The position numbers were made by a program, and so were the translations under genes. 64,000 nt of DNA from Opitutia bacterium (GTDB taxonomy: Bacteria > Verrucomicrobiota > Verrucomicrobiia > Opitutales > Opitutaceae): assembly GCA_016187945.1 (NCBI GenBank), contig JACPIT010000004.1:306854-370853 (forward strand). The letters run 5' to 3'. The notes under the pieces are model-generated. The model made no database searches. It was given only the letters and a program-made list of their open reading frames with translations, and was not told the origin of the DNA. Shown here piece after piece: positions 18,102-28,300 of the stretch. How positions within the stretch are numbered: position 1 is the first letter of the stretch; the number at the start of each line of letters is the position of its first letter.

Positions 18102-18575
18102 TCACGCTGCGATCGGGCGCAGCGTCGCCGGCACGAGTTCGGAAAACATCGACGGTTTACGCCCCGCCGGCAGACGACGGCGCACCGGCGCAGGCTTCGG
18201 CCCGAGCGCGACACTCAGGCGCTGCATGAGCAGTTCGATGCGTTGCGCGGAAATTTTCCAATCCGCGCCGCTCGGGTGATACCATTCGAAACCGAACGAG
18301 ACACTGCCGTGGCCCGCCCCGTAGCTGACGACCGGATGGCCCTCGACCGCCATCTCGTGAAACAGCTCGATGCCGCTCGCGAGCAGGCGCTCCTCGGCAA
18401 CGGAGATGAAGCACTTCACCTGCTGGCCATGGGCGCGAGCGCCGAGGGAGAGGCGGAATTCGCAATCTTCGCCCGGGTGGACGAGTTCTTCGTAATCCTC
18501 GCGGGTGCGGAGTCCGAGGAGCGCGAGGGCGGAACGGCATTCGATGAGCGGGGTGCGGAGCGTGAGCGTGTTCAT
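18102..18575 (-). CDS. Hypothetical protein (157 aa), convergent with the WYL regulator
   Basis: Clean ATG at 18575 and coding-like composition. I recognise no family. Confidence 0.4.
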   Translation of the reverse strand: MNTLTLRTPLIECRSALALLGLRTREDYEELVHPGEDCEFRLSLGARAHGQQVKCFISVAEERLLASGIELFHEMAVEGHPVVSYGAGHGSVSFGFEWYHPSGADWKISAQRIELLMQRLSVALGPKPAPVRRRLPAGRKPSMFSELVPATLRPIAA

Positions 18576-18700
18576 GAGGGATGGCGGTTTTGTGCGGCTA
18601 CTTTAGCCGTCAGGGTTGGACACGCGCCGTCCCACCCTTCGCGCAGGTTGAAAATATCCCAGCGCGCCGCCGCTCGCTCCCGCGGGCGCGGTCCGGAGTC

Positions 18701-18751
18701 GCTTTATGCCCCGACGTTGCGCGCTCGCGCCGAAGACGTCGGGGATAAAGC
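18701..18751 (-). terminator. Imperfect hairpin, about 16-bp stem, downstream of the TonB-dependent receptor gene
   Basis: The arms are gctttatgccccgacgt and acgtcggggataaagc. It lies 20-70 nt after the receptor stop on the minus strand. There is no clear U-tract. Confidence 0.35.
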
Positions 18752-18769
18752 CCACCCACCGGGCAAAAC

Positions 18770-20791
18770 TCAGAACTCGAATCGCACGCCCGCCGTCACG
18801 TCACGGCCCGGCAGCGGCGCCATGTCCTTCAAGAACGACGTGTGCACGCGCGCGGTCGCGTCGGTGAGATTCGTCCCGCGCGCAAACAACTCGCCGCGCA
18901 CGCCGCCGAGCTTGAACCGCCGGGCGATCGACGCGCTCGCGAGACCGTAGCCGGCCGTATCCGTCTCGTTCGGCGCGATGTGTTCCTGCCGCGCGGCCGT
19001 GCGCAGCTCAGCGGTGAACGTCCAATCGCGCACGCGATAATCCAGCGCGGCACCGAAGCGCGACGGCGGGATGCGTGGCAACGGTTGACGGGTGTCGAGA
19101 TTGTCCGCGCGCACCGTATCCGCCGTGAAATGCAGCTCCGCGCGCGCTGTCTTCGTCTCGAAAAGATGCGCCGTCAGCTCCAGCTCGGCACCGTGGAAAC
19201 GCGCGGCGCCTTGCTTGAATTCGTAGACCGGCAGACCCGAGTCCGCGTCGGTGGTGCCCGTCGCTTCCTCGAAGATGAATCCGTCGAACCGGTTCACGAA
19301 CGCCGTGACCGAGCCCGACCAGAAGCCGACCCGCTTGCGCAGCGTCAGATCGGCGCCGCGAACCTTTTCCGAGCGCAGCGTCGCATCGCCGACCTCGAAC
19401 GCGCCCGTGCCCGCGTGCGGACCGTCCACGAACAACTCCTGCGCGTTCGGCGCGCGCTCGCTGTCGGTGAGCGAGAGCGCGAGCGAGTAGTCGGCGGGCA
19501 ATTTCCACACCGCGCCGGCGGAAAATGCCGCGAGCGTATCCCGCCGCCCCGCGAATGTCGCATCCGCACGCGGCGCGAGCCGCTGCTGCTCGGCGCGCGC
19601 GCCGAATTCCCACGTCACGCCCGGCTGCACGATTTCCTCATAGAGAAATACGGCACGATTCGTCGTGAGCGACGCGGGCAGGATCGCCTCCTCGCCCGTG
19701 GTCGAGAAATCGCTGCGCGAAGCCTGAAAACCGATCGCGCCCGTCAGCGGCCCGACCGTGGCGTGCATCAACTCGAGTCGGCCTTCGTAGCCGCGATTTT
19801 TGAAAACCGTGCCGACGTCCGCGCCCTCGAACTCCGTATGCTGATAACGCGAGAGTCCGAGCTGGAACTTCGCCGCGCGCAACCAGTCCGTCGGCTGCAA
19901 CGCCTCGCCGTGGAAATCCCACCGGCGCTGGCGGAGATCGATCGTCACGTCCGGCTCGGCCACGGTGCCGTAGTGCGAGCCGACGCCGTTGTAGGAGACG
20001 CCGAAGTGCCCCGCGTCGCCGAAAAACCGCGTCAATCCGATGCCTGCGCCCTGCCCGTCCGATGCGCTGTTGACGAGCGTGCCGCTGACGACTGGCTCGC
20101 CGGCCGCGGCGAGTTCGGCGCGTTTCGCGTCGGTCGCGGCGTAGCCGGGGATGCGCACGTCGTCCGAGCGGCGCTTGAAGCCGTCGAGCCGCCACGCCCA
20201 ATCGCCGACGGCGCCGGTGAGCACCGCGGCGCCCGCGCGCTCGTCCGCCGCGGAGCCGTAGCGCGTCTCGATGCGGCCCTCGAAGACATGCGCCGGTTTT
20301 TCTTCGGGAATGCGCGAGTCGACGACGTTCACGATGCCGCCGATCGCCGAGCCGCCGTAAAGCAGCGCCGCGGGACCACGCACGAGTTCGATGCGATCGA
20401 TGAGCAACGGATCGAGACTCACCGCGTGATCGGGGCTGACGACGGACGCGTCCATCGTGCCGACGCCGCCCGAGAGCACGCGGATGCGATCGCTGCCCAT
20501 GCCGCGAATCACGGGGCGCGACGCGCTCGGGCCGAAATACGTCGATGTCACGCCGGGCTGTTGCGCCAGCGTTTCGCCGAGGCTGAGTTGTTTCGCGAGG
20601 TCGAGTTGCGGCCCGCCGAGGACGGTGGCGGGCTGGGCGATCTCGTCGATCGCGCGGCTGAGCGGGCTCGCGGTGACGACGAACTCGCCGAGTTTCACTT
20701 TGGGCTCCGACGCCGGATCGGCGGGAGCGGTTTGGGCGGACGCGAAGAGCGCGCCGCCGAAGAAGACGGAGAAAGAGAGAAGATTTTTCAT
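18770..20791 (-). CDS. TonB-dependent outer-membrane receptor
   Basis: Signal peptide MKNLLSFSVFFGGALFASAQ. Plug motifs are VVTASP and RPVIRGMGSDRIRVLSGGV. The barrel ends in terminal ...GVRFEF. ATG checked at 20791. Confidence 0.9.
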   Translation of the reverse strand: MKNLLSFSVFFGGALFASAQTAPADPASEPKVKLGEFVVTASPLSRAIDEIAQPATVLGGPQLDLAKQLSLGETLAQQPGVTSTYFGPSASRPVIRGMGSDRIRVLSGGVGTMDASVVSPDHAVSLDPLLIDRIELVRGPAALLYGGSAIGGIVNVVDSRIPEEKPAHVFEGRIETRYGSAADERAGAAVLTGAVGDWAWRLDGFKRRSDDVRIPGYAATDAKRAELAAAGEPVVSGTLVNSASDGQGAGIGLTRFFGDAGHFGVSYNGVGSHYGTVAEPDVTIDLRQRRWDFHGEALQPTDWLRAAKFQLGLSRYQHTEFEGADVGTVFKNRGYEGRLELMHATVGPLTGAIGFQASRSDFSTTGEEAILPASLTTNRAVFLYEEIVQPGVTWEFGARAEQQRLAPRADATFAGRRDTLAAFSAGAVWKLPADYSLALSLTDSERAPNAQELFVDGPHAGTGAFEVGDATLRSEKVRGADLTLRKRVGFWSGSVTAFVNRFDGFIFEEATGTTDADSGLPVYEFKQGAARFHGAELELTAHLFETKTARAELHFTADTVRADNLDTRQPLPRIPPSRFGAALDYRVRDWTFTAELRTAARQEHIAPNETDTAGYGLASASIARRFKLGGVRGELFARGTNLTDATARVHTSFLKDMAPLPGRDVTAGVRFEF

Positions 20792-20906
20792 GCTGAACGA
20801 ACGAACGCGCGCCACGAGGCGCACCTCGCAACGCAGGAGACAGGCGAACGACAAACAGCGGCGCACTCTGCGGGCTCGCAGAGCGCCCGCGCCTCAGGGT
20901 CGTTGT

Positions 20907-21230
20907 TCAGCCGAGCGGCGGCCCGCAGGCCGGCCGGAGCCGGTAGCGCGGCGCGCTCCACGCGTGCGACTGCGGCGCCGCGACATGGCCGAGTTCGCGC
21001 GCATCCGCGACAGGCTGCAGCTCCGGCGCGGCGCCGAGCGTATCGGCACCGTGCGCGAAGAGCGTCACCGCGCACTCATGCGCGTGATCGCCGCTGTCGC
21101 CGTGCAGCGCCGCGTGCAGCTCGGGACTGACTGCCAGCACGCCGAGCGCCCACACCGTCACCGCAAGCAACGCCGCGAGCCAGCGCGAGGAGCGCGGCAC
21201 CGAGGGCGAAGCGGACGGACGGCGAAGCAT
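20907..21230 (-). CDS. Small His-rich membrane protein (DUF2946-like, tentative) upstream of the TonB receptor
   Basis: One TM segment, then SPELHAALHGDSGDHAHECAVTLFAHG. ATG checked at 21230. Same strand as the receptor, 115 nt upstream of it. Confidence 0.45.
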   Translation of the reverse strand: MLRRPSASPSVPRSSRWLAALLAVTVWALGVLAVSPELHAALHGDSGDHAHECAVTLFAHGADTLGAAPELQPVADARELGHVAAPQSHAWSAPRYRLRPACGPPLG

Positions 21231-21483
21231 GTGCGGAAGGTTGGCATGTGCGGCGTTTCGTCAAGCTCGCCGCGACGCGCCGCCTCACGCCGCGACGCAG
21301 CCGCTCGTGTCGCTTCGCGCCTCCCGTCGCGGCGCGGAGTCGGAATCGGAGTCGAGACCGGGGCCGGAGCGGAGAGCGGGCGACGGGGACGAACGAAATC
21401 GCCCGCAGTGCCGCCGGAAAATCTCCGAGCCACGACGGCGGTTAACCGATTGAATTTTCCTCGGGCGCCCGCACTGTGGCTGG

Positions 21484-22221
21484 ATGCTCCAGCGTTCCGT
21501 TGTGCCAGCGTTGTTCGCCGGCTTTGTTTTCGCCCTCGCCAGTTGCGTCAATCCGCCGTCGCGCACGCCCGAACGCGCGGCGCCGCCCATCGCTCCCGTC
21601 GCCCCCGCGGCACCCGTCGCCGCGCCGGCCCGCGCCGAGCCTTATAACCTCTACCTCCTCAAACAGGAGATCAAAACCTACGTCGACGACGGCCGCTACG
21701 AAGCCGGCCTCACCGCCGTCGCCGGCGAGGCCAAGGAGTGGATCGAACAACGCGCCGTGCGTGGCGGCGACAAACTCGCGGTCGTCTTCGATCTCGACGA
21801 GACGCTGCTCTCCAATCTCCAGCATATGCGCGCGATGGATTTCGGTTACGTGCCGAAACTCTGGGACGAGTGGGTCGCCGAGGCCGACGCCCCCGCGATC
21901 GCGCCGGTGCGCGACGTCTACCTCGCCGCGCGCGCGAGGAACCTCGCGATCGTCTTCATCACCGGCCGCAAGACCTCCGATCAGCCCGGCACCGAAAACA
22001 ACCTCCGCGCCGCCGGTCTCGGCGGCTACACGCGGATTTTCTACAAGCCGAACGGCTACGCGGGCACGACCGAGAGCTTCAAGACGTCGATCCGCAAAAA
22101 ACTCGTCGAGGAGGAAGGCTACACCATCGTCGCCAACATCGGCGACCAAACGAGCGACCTCACCGGCGGCTACGCTGAGCGCACGTTCAAGCTCCCGAAT
22201 CCGTTCTACATCGCCAAATGA
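21484..22221 (+). CDS. HAD-superfamily class B/C acid phosphatase lipoprotein
   Basis: Lipobox FALASC, DDDD-type motifs VVFDLDETLLSN and IGDQTSDL, plus FITGRK. Confidence 0.75.
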   Translation: MLQRSVVPALFAGFVFALASCVNPPSRTPERAAPPIAPVAPAAPVAAPARAEPYNLYLLKQEIKTYVDDGRYEAGLTAVAGEAKEWIEQRAVRGGDKLAVVFDLDETLLSNLQHMRAMDFGYVPKLWDEWVAEADAPAIAPVRDVYLAARARNLAIVFITGRKTSDQPGTENNLRAAGLGGYTRIFYKPNGYAGTTESFKTSIRKKLVEEEGYTIVANIGDQTSDLTGGYAERTFKLPNPFYIAK

Positions 22222-22343
22222 CCGCGGCGCGACGCGCCTCAGGGAAACTCCGAACTCCACTCGCCAAGTCCCCATGAGACTTCGGGAATAAACCTCCAAA
22301 AACAAAGAGCGCGCCCGGCGCGCGCCGTTCTTGGTCGTTTGTT

Positions 22344-22390
22344 CGATTGAAAGTTTCGCTGGAGCTTGGCGATTGGAGTTTGGCGCTTCC
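22344..22390. repeat. Half copy of the ctggagcttgg palindromic element (see 52155..52308)
   Basis: gattgaaagtttcgctggagcttggcgattggagtttggcgcttcc resembles the right arm at 52258..52315. It lies about 55 nt upstream of the 22448 ATG. Confidence 0.45.
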
Positions 22391-22447
22391 CTCCCCCTCC
22401 GTCCGCCGCCACCGGTCCTCCGTCCTCGATCCTCCTTCCTCCGTCTC

Positions 22448-24775
22448 ATGCCGCTCTACGCTCTCACGATTTTCCTCGGCGCGTTCCTGCTCTTCCTCGT
22501 GCAGCCGCTGATCGGCAAATACATCCTGCCGTGGTTCGGCGGCGGGCCCGGCGTCTGGACGACGTGCCTGCTGTTTTTCCAGACGCTGCTGCTCGGCGGC
22601 TATGCTTACGCGCACTTCACGTCGACGCGCCTGAAGCCGCGCACGCAGGCGATCGCACATCTCGTGCTGCTCGCGCTCTCGCTCGCGTGGCTGCCGATCG
22701 TCCCCGACGCCGACTGGAAACCCACCGCGGCCGACGAGCCGACGCGCCGCATCCTGCTGCTGCTCACCGCCACGCTCGGCCTGCCCTACTTGCTGCTCTC
22801 CGCGACCGGACCGCTGGTCCAGCGCTGGTTCAGCCTCACGTATCCGGACAAGTCCCCGTATCGCCTCTACGCGCTCTCGAACGCCGGCTCGCTGCTCGCG
22901 CTGATCGGTTATCCGTTCGCGATCGAGCCGCTGCTCTCGCGCTCGACGCAAGCGTGGGCGTGGTCGGTCGCGCTCGTGCTCTTCGTCATTCTTTGCGGAC
23001 TCTGCGCGTGGCGCATCCACCGCGCCAACCCCGCCGCCGCGCCGGCCAAAGTCCGTGAGACCGGCCTCGTCGCAGACTCGGCGGCGGCGGCGCCGGCCTC
23101 GCCCGAGTTCGACGACCTCGAGGCGATCGCCACGAAGCCGACGCTGTCGCAGCGCGCGTTCTGGCTCGCATTCCCGGCCGTGGCCTCGGTGCTGCTCGTG
23201 GCCACGACGAGCAAGCTCTGCGTCGACGTCGCCGTGATTCCGTTTCTGTGGGTGCTGCCGCTCGCGCTTTATCTGCTGAGCTTCATCGTGTGCTTCGATC
23301 ATCCGCGCTGGTATGCGCGCGGCGTGTTTGCCGCGCTGTTCGTCATCGCGTGCGTGACGGTCGGCTATCTCGTCTCGAGCGGTCTGCATGCGCCGATCGC
23401 GCTCCAGATTTCCGGCTACAGCGCGGCGTTGTTCGTCGCGTGCATGATTTGTCACGGCGAGGTCTACCGCCTGCGCCCCGCGCCGGCGCACCTCACGAGT
23501 TTCTATCTGCACATCTCGCTCGGCGGCGCGCTGGGCGGATTCTTCGTGGCGGTGGTCGCGCCGGTCGTCTTCAACGACTATTACGAACTGCATCTCGGTT
23601 ACTGGGCGCTGGCCTACCTCGTGGCCGCGGTCTGCCTCATGCAACGCAGCCGCGCGATCGCGCTCGGCGTGGGTGCCGGCACGCTCGCGGGCGTCGCGGT
23701 GCTGCCGCTGTTCTTTCTCGGCCACACGGCCGAGTCGGGTCTGCTCGCGCAGCTCAAGCATTACTACGTCACCTATCATGCGTTCTACCTCGAGTATCGC
23801 TGGTGGGCGGCGGGCGTGTTGCTCGTGCTGTTGTGGTCGCTGCGCGGAGCGATGCGCGCACGGGCGGACGAGTGGCGCGTGCGTTTCTCGTTTTTGCCGC
23901 TCGGGCTCACGGCGATGCTCGGCGCGATTTTCTTCATCCAGATCACCGGCACGAACGTCGGCATGATCGAGTCGTCGCGCAATTTCTACGGCACGCTCAA
24001 AGTCCGACCGCACGGCGAGCCGTCGTCGATTTCCTACAGCTACCTGCTCAGCCACGGCATCACGACGCACGGCCTGCAATTCGCGCGCCCGCCCTACAAC
24101 ACGTGGCCGACGACCTACTACGGCCAGAAGAGCGGCATCGGTCTCGCGCTCGATCACGCCGCGCCGATGACCGGCGGACGGCGTTTCGGTTTCGTCGGCC
24201 TCGGCGTCGGCACGCTCGCCGCCTACGGCCGGCCCGGCGATCGCATCCGCATCTACGAAATCAACCCCGCCGTGCTGCGTCTCGCGCGCGAGCGTTTCAC
24301 CTTCCTGAACCAATCCACCGCCGACGTGAAAATCGTGCTCGGCGACGCCCGCCTCTCGATGGAGGACGAACTCGCCCACGACGCGCCGCAGCAATTCGAC
24401 GTGCTCGCGCTCGACGCGTTCAGCAGCGACGCCATCCCGATCCACTTGCTCACCGAGGAAGCCGCCGCGGTTTACTTGAAACACCTCAAACCCGACGGCA
24501 TCATCGCGGTTCACATCTCGAATCGCTACCTCGACCTGCGTCCCGTCGTCGAAGCGCTCGCGCAGCGCTATCAACTCCACCTCGCCACGATCTCCGACAA
24601 TCCCAAGGACGGCGACTGGTGGCTCTATCGCACGACCTGGTGCCTGCTCAGCCGCGATCCGCTGAAGTTCGCGCACGAGGATTTCCAGGAAGCGGCCGAC
24701 GAGCCCGCCGACAAGACGGCCAAAACGATCCGCTGGACCGACGACCGCGCGAGCCTCGCGGGTATCTTGCGTTGA
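22448..24775 (+). CDS. Fused polytopic membrane domain + spermidine-synthase-like (class I methyltransferase fold) protein
   Basis: About 500 aa of TM helices, then FVGLGVGTLAAYGRPGDRIRIYEINPAV...FDVLALDAFSSDAIPIHLLTEEA. ATG checked at 22448. Confidence 0.75.
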   Translation: MPLYALTIFLGAFLLFLVQPLIGKYILPWFGGGPGVWTTCLLFFQTLLLGGYAYAHFTSTRLKPRTQAIAHLVLLALSLAWLPIVPDADWKPTAADEPTRRILLLLTATLGLPYLLLSATGPLVQRWFSLTYPDKSPYRLYALSNAGSLLALIGYPFAIEPLLSRSTQAWAWSVALVLFVILCGLCAWRIHRANPAAAPAKVRETGLVADSAAAAPASPEFDDLEAIATKPTLSQRAFWLAFPAVASVLLVATTSKLCVDVAVIPFLWVLPLALYLLSFIVCFDHPRWYARGVFAALFVIACVTVGYLVSSGLHAPIALQISGYSAALFVACMICHGEVYRLRPAPAHLTSFYLHISLGGALGGFFVAVVAPVVFNDYYELHLGYWALAYLVAAVCLMQRSRAIALGVGAGTLAGVAVLPLFFLGHTAESGLLAQLKHYYVTYHAFYLEYRWWAAGVLLVLLWSLRGAMRARADEWRVRFSFLPLGLTAMLGAIFFIQITGTNVGMIESSRNFYGTLKVRPHGEPSSISYSYLLSHGITTHGLQFARPPYNTWPTTYYGQKSGIGLALDHAAPMTGGRRFGFVGLGVGTLAAYGRPGDRIRIYEINPAVLRLARERFTFLNQSTADVKIVLGDARLSMEDELAHDAPQQFDVLALDAFSSDAIPIHLLTEEAAAVYLKHLKPDGIIAVHISNRYLDLRPVVEALAQRYQLHLATISDNPKDGDWWLYRTTWCLLSRDPLKFAHEDFQEAADEPADKTAKTIRWTDDRASLAGILR

Positions 24776-24908
24776 GCCGCGCCGGGCAGCGAAATCGCCC
24801 CGCATCGACACTCGCGGGACGATTCGCGCCACGCGCGACGCCGAGCGGGATTCATCCTGAATTCCGCAGAAGATTAACCACTGATGAACACTCATGCACA
24901 CTGATGAA

Positions 24909-25077
24909 CCTAAATTCCGCCGTTGAAACGCGGAGCGCGCGGAGGCTGCGGAGCAGAATGCGGGAAAATCCGGCCTCCGAAGGACTCACCGGCCGGGTGA
25001 AGGGCAGCGGAGCGGAAGGATCGGAGTTTCTCCTCTGTGCTCTCCGCGTCTTCCGCGTTTCAACTGCGTTTTTTAGG
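24909..25077. mobile_element. 169-bp MITE-like element, copy 2 (inverted relative to copy 1)
   Basis: Its reverse complement aligns end to end with 10813..10981, with few mismatches. It has the same length and the same TIRs. Confidence 0.6.
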
Positions 25078-25389
25078 ATGAATGAGAAGGCCGAGAAGCG
25101 CAGCATGAGGTGGCTCACCCGCCAGGTGGGCGAGCGCGGCGATGCAAGTCTGCTTCGATGAGTGCTCATCAGTGAAAATCAGTGGTTCAACTCCGCTTTC
25201 TAGGTTCATGCGCGCGACGGGCGCGTTTCGACGTTCGCTCGCGTTCCACGTGCACGGTTTGCGCACCGCGCGCGGCCGGTTCCGGGAAGCTCTCCTGAGC
25301 GCGCAGAACGGCGGCAGCCAAATCCTAGGTAGAAACACCTATTTCTCGTTGCTAAACGCCCGCGGCAAACCGTAGCGTCCGGGCGTTTG

Positions 25390-28300
25390 ATGTCGAAGGG
25401 CACCTCGACCACCCTGCTGCGCAACCTGCACCTGCTGCCATTCATGGCGGTAGCGGTCCTGGGCGGCTTGGTGCTGGCCGGTTGGTGGACGGAGCATGCG
25501 AGCTGGGTGCAGCCGCGCGCCTACGACGTTCCGCTGCCCGCGAACGCCGCGTTCTGTTTCCTCGCCCTGGGCGTCACGCCGCTGCTGTTCGCGCTGTTGC
25601 CCGGCCGGCGTTATTCGTCCGTGCCCGCCGTGATCGCCATGCTCCTGGCGCTCCTCGCCTTGCTGAGCGCGGAACTGCATTGGTGGCCGAGCATCGAGAA
25701 TCTCCTCGTGCGGCACGACCGCCTGATCGAAGGCGCCGGCATCGGTCGCGTGCCGACGTTGCTCGCCGGTCTGCTCGTGGCGTCGGGCGCGCTCCTCGCG
25801 TGGCTCGGCAGCGAGCGGCCGGACCCGCGCCGGCCGTTGCTGCTGGCGCTCGTCGGCTCGCTGGCGTGCGCATACGGGTTTACGGCGGTGCTCTCCAGCC
25901 GCATCGGGCTCACGCGCCTGGATTTCTGGGTCAACCACGCCCACGTCGGTCCGCAGGCGGCAGTTGCACTCCAGCTCCTCGGTGTCGCGCTGGTGCTGCT
26001 CGCCGCACGCGACGCACGCGAGACGGCGGACGAAAGCGGCCCGCGCTGGTTGTGGCTGCCGGTCGTCACGGTCAGCACGACGATCACGGTGCTGTTCTGG
26101 ATTTCGCTCCGCGAACGCGAGATCGCCTACCTCAACAACACCACGCAGCTCACGCTCAACACCATCGCCTCCGCCTTCAAGGCCGAGACGGAAGTCCAGA
26201 TCAACAACCTCCGCCGCATGGCCGAGCGCTGGACGGACTCCGGCGGCACGCCGCTCGCCAGTTGGGAAAAGGACGCGCGCGCGCACGCGCAGGATTTCCC
26301 GGCCTACAAGTCGATAAGCTGGGTCGACGCCAATTTCCGCACCCGCTGGTTCTGGCCGCGCGAGGGCAACGAGGACGCCGCGTCGTTCGACCACCGGCGC
26401 GACCCGCTGCGCCTCCAGGCGCTCACCTCCGCGCGCGAGACCCTCGCGTTCGCCCTCGCCGCGCCGATCGTTTCGCCCGTGAAGCCGCCCTCGCTCGCGG
26501 TCTACGCGACCGTCCTCAGCAGCGGCAGCTTCGACGGCTTCATCGTGGGCGAGATGACGCTCTCGAAGCTCTTCGACTCGATCGACGACCGCCTCAACAT
26601 CTCCTCGCGCTACGAATTCACCGCGCGCTTTCTCAATCCGCAGGCGGCCGACCCGAAGGCGCGCGACGTCGCGGTGTTCCACTCCAACGAGCGCGAAGCC
26701 CAATCGAACGAGCGGCTCCATCAATCCGCGGTGTTCAATCTCCTCGGCCAGCGCGTGACGCTCGAACTCGTGCCGCGCCCGGAATTCATCGCGCCCAACC
26801 GCCAGTTCCTGCCCGAAGTCGCGCTCGTGTCCGGCCTCGGCGTCTCGTTGCTCCTCGGCCTCGTCGTCAATCTCGCGCAATCCGCCCGCAACCGCCAGCG
26901 CGCCGCCGAAAGCACGTCCGAACAACTCCGCTCCGAAAACGAAGAACGCCGCCGCATCGAGGCGCGCCTCAAGGTCACCGACGAGCGCCTCAACCTCGCC
27001 CTCGAAGCCACGCACATCGGCGTCATCGAATGGAATCTCAACGACGGCCGCGCCATCTACAGCGCCGGTTTCTGGACCTCGCTCGGCTACGATGCCGCGT
27101 TCATGCCCGCGATGCAGGAGACGCTGCTCAAGCTCATCCATCCCGACGATCTCAAGGGCTACCACGCCGCGCTCGACGCGCACCTCGCCGGCAAGACGGA
27201 GCTCTTCGAGTGCGAGTTCCGCGTGAAGCACCAGCACGGCGAATGGGAATGGCTCGCACTCCGCGCCAAATGCGTCGGCACCGACCGCATCGGCCGCCCG
27301 CTCCGCATGGCCGGCACCTGCCAGAACATCACCGTCCGCAAACGCCAGCAGGAAGCCCTCCGCGCCTCCCAAGCCGCCACGCGCAAACTCTCCCTCGTCG
27401 CCAGCCGCACCGACAACGCCGTCGTCATCACCCGCCCCGACGGCCGCGTCGAGTGGGTCAACGAGAGTTTCAGCCGCCTCGCCGAACACACCCTCGAAGA
27501 CATCGGCGGCCGCCCGTTCGTCGAACTGCTCTCGAGCCCGGAGGACGACCTCACCGCCGTCGAACGCGTCACCCGCGCGTTCTCCCGCCGCGAAGCGATG
27601 ACGACCGACGTCATCCACCACGCGCGCAGCGGCCGGCGTTACCACGTGCACCTGGAACTCCAGCCGGTATTCAACGACGAGGGCGCGGTCGAGAACTTCA
27701 TCGTCATCGAAACCGACATCACCTCGCGCGTCGAAGTCGAGCAGCAGCTCCGCCGCGCCAAAGCCGAAGCCGACTCCGCCTCGCGCGCCAAGTCCGAGTT
27801 CCTCGCCTCGATGTCGCACGAAATCCGCACGCCGATGAACGGCGTAATCGGCATGACCAGCCTCCTGCTCGAAACGCAGCTCACGCCCGAGCAGCGCGAC
27901 TACGTGCAGACCGTCCGCACCTCCGGCGACGCCCTCCTGTCGATCATCAACGAGATCCTCGACTTCTCGAAAATCGAGTCCGGCAAGATGGAACTCGAGC
28001 GCCACCCCTTCGAGCTCGCGCAATGCGTCGAGGAGACGATCGACATTTTCGCGCTCCAGGCCTCGGCCAAAAACATCGAGCTCGCCTACTCCATCGACGC
28101 CGACGTGCCCGCGTGGGTCGTCGGCGACATCACGCGCCTCCGCCAGGTGCTCGTGAACCTCGTGAACAACGCCGTGAAGTTCACCCCCAGCGGCTTCATC
28201 ACCATCGAGGTGAAACTCGCGGCAAAACTCGACCCCGCGACCGGCGCGTGCCTGCTCGATTTCATCGTCGCCGACACCGGCATCGGCATCCCCGCCGACC

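Noticed and set aside
18842-21130. 762-aa plus-strand ORF
   Set aside because: It is antisense to the TonB-dependent receptor and the His-rich small gene, and is Arg-rich with no motifs.
22187-24901. 904-aa minus-strand ORF
   Set aside because: It is antisense to the membrane/spermidine-synthase-like gene and has an Arg/Glu/Asp/Ala-rich composition with no domain signature.
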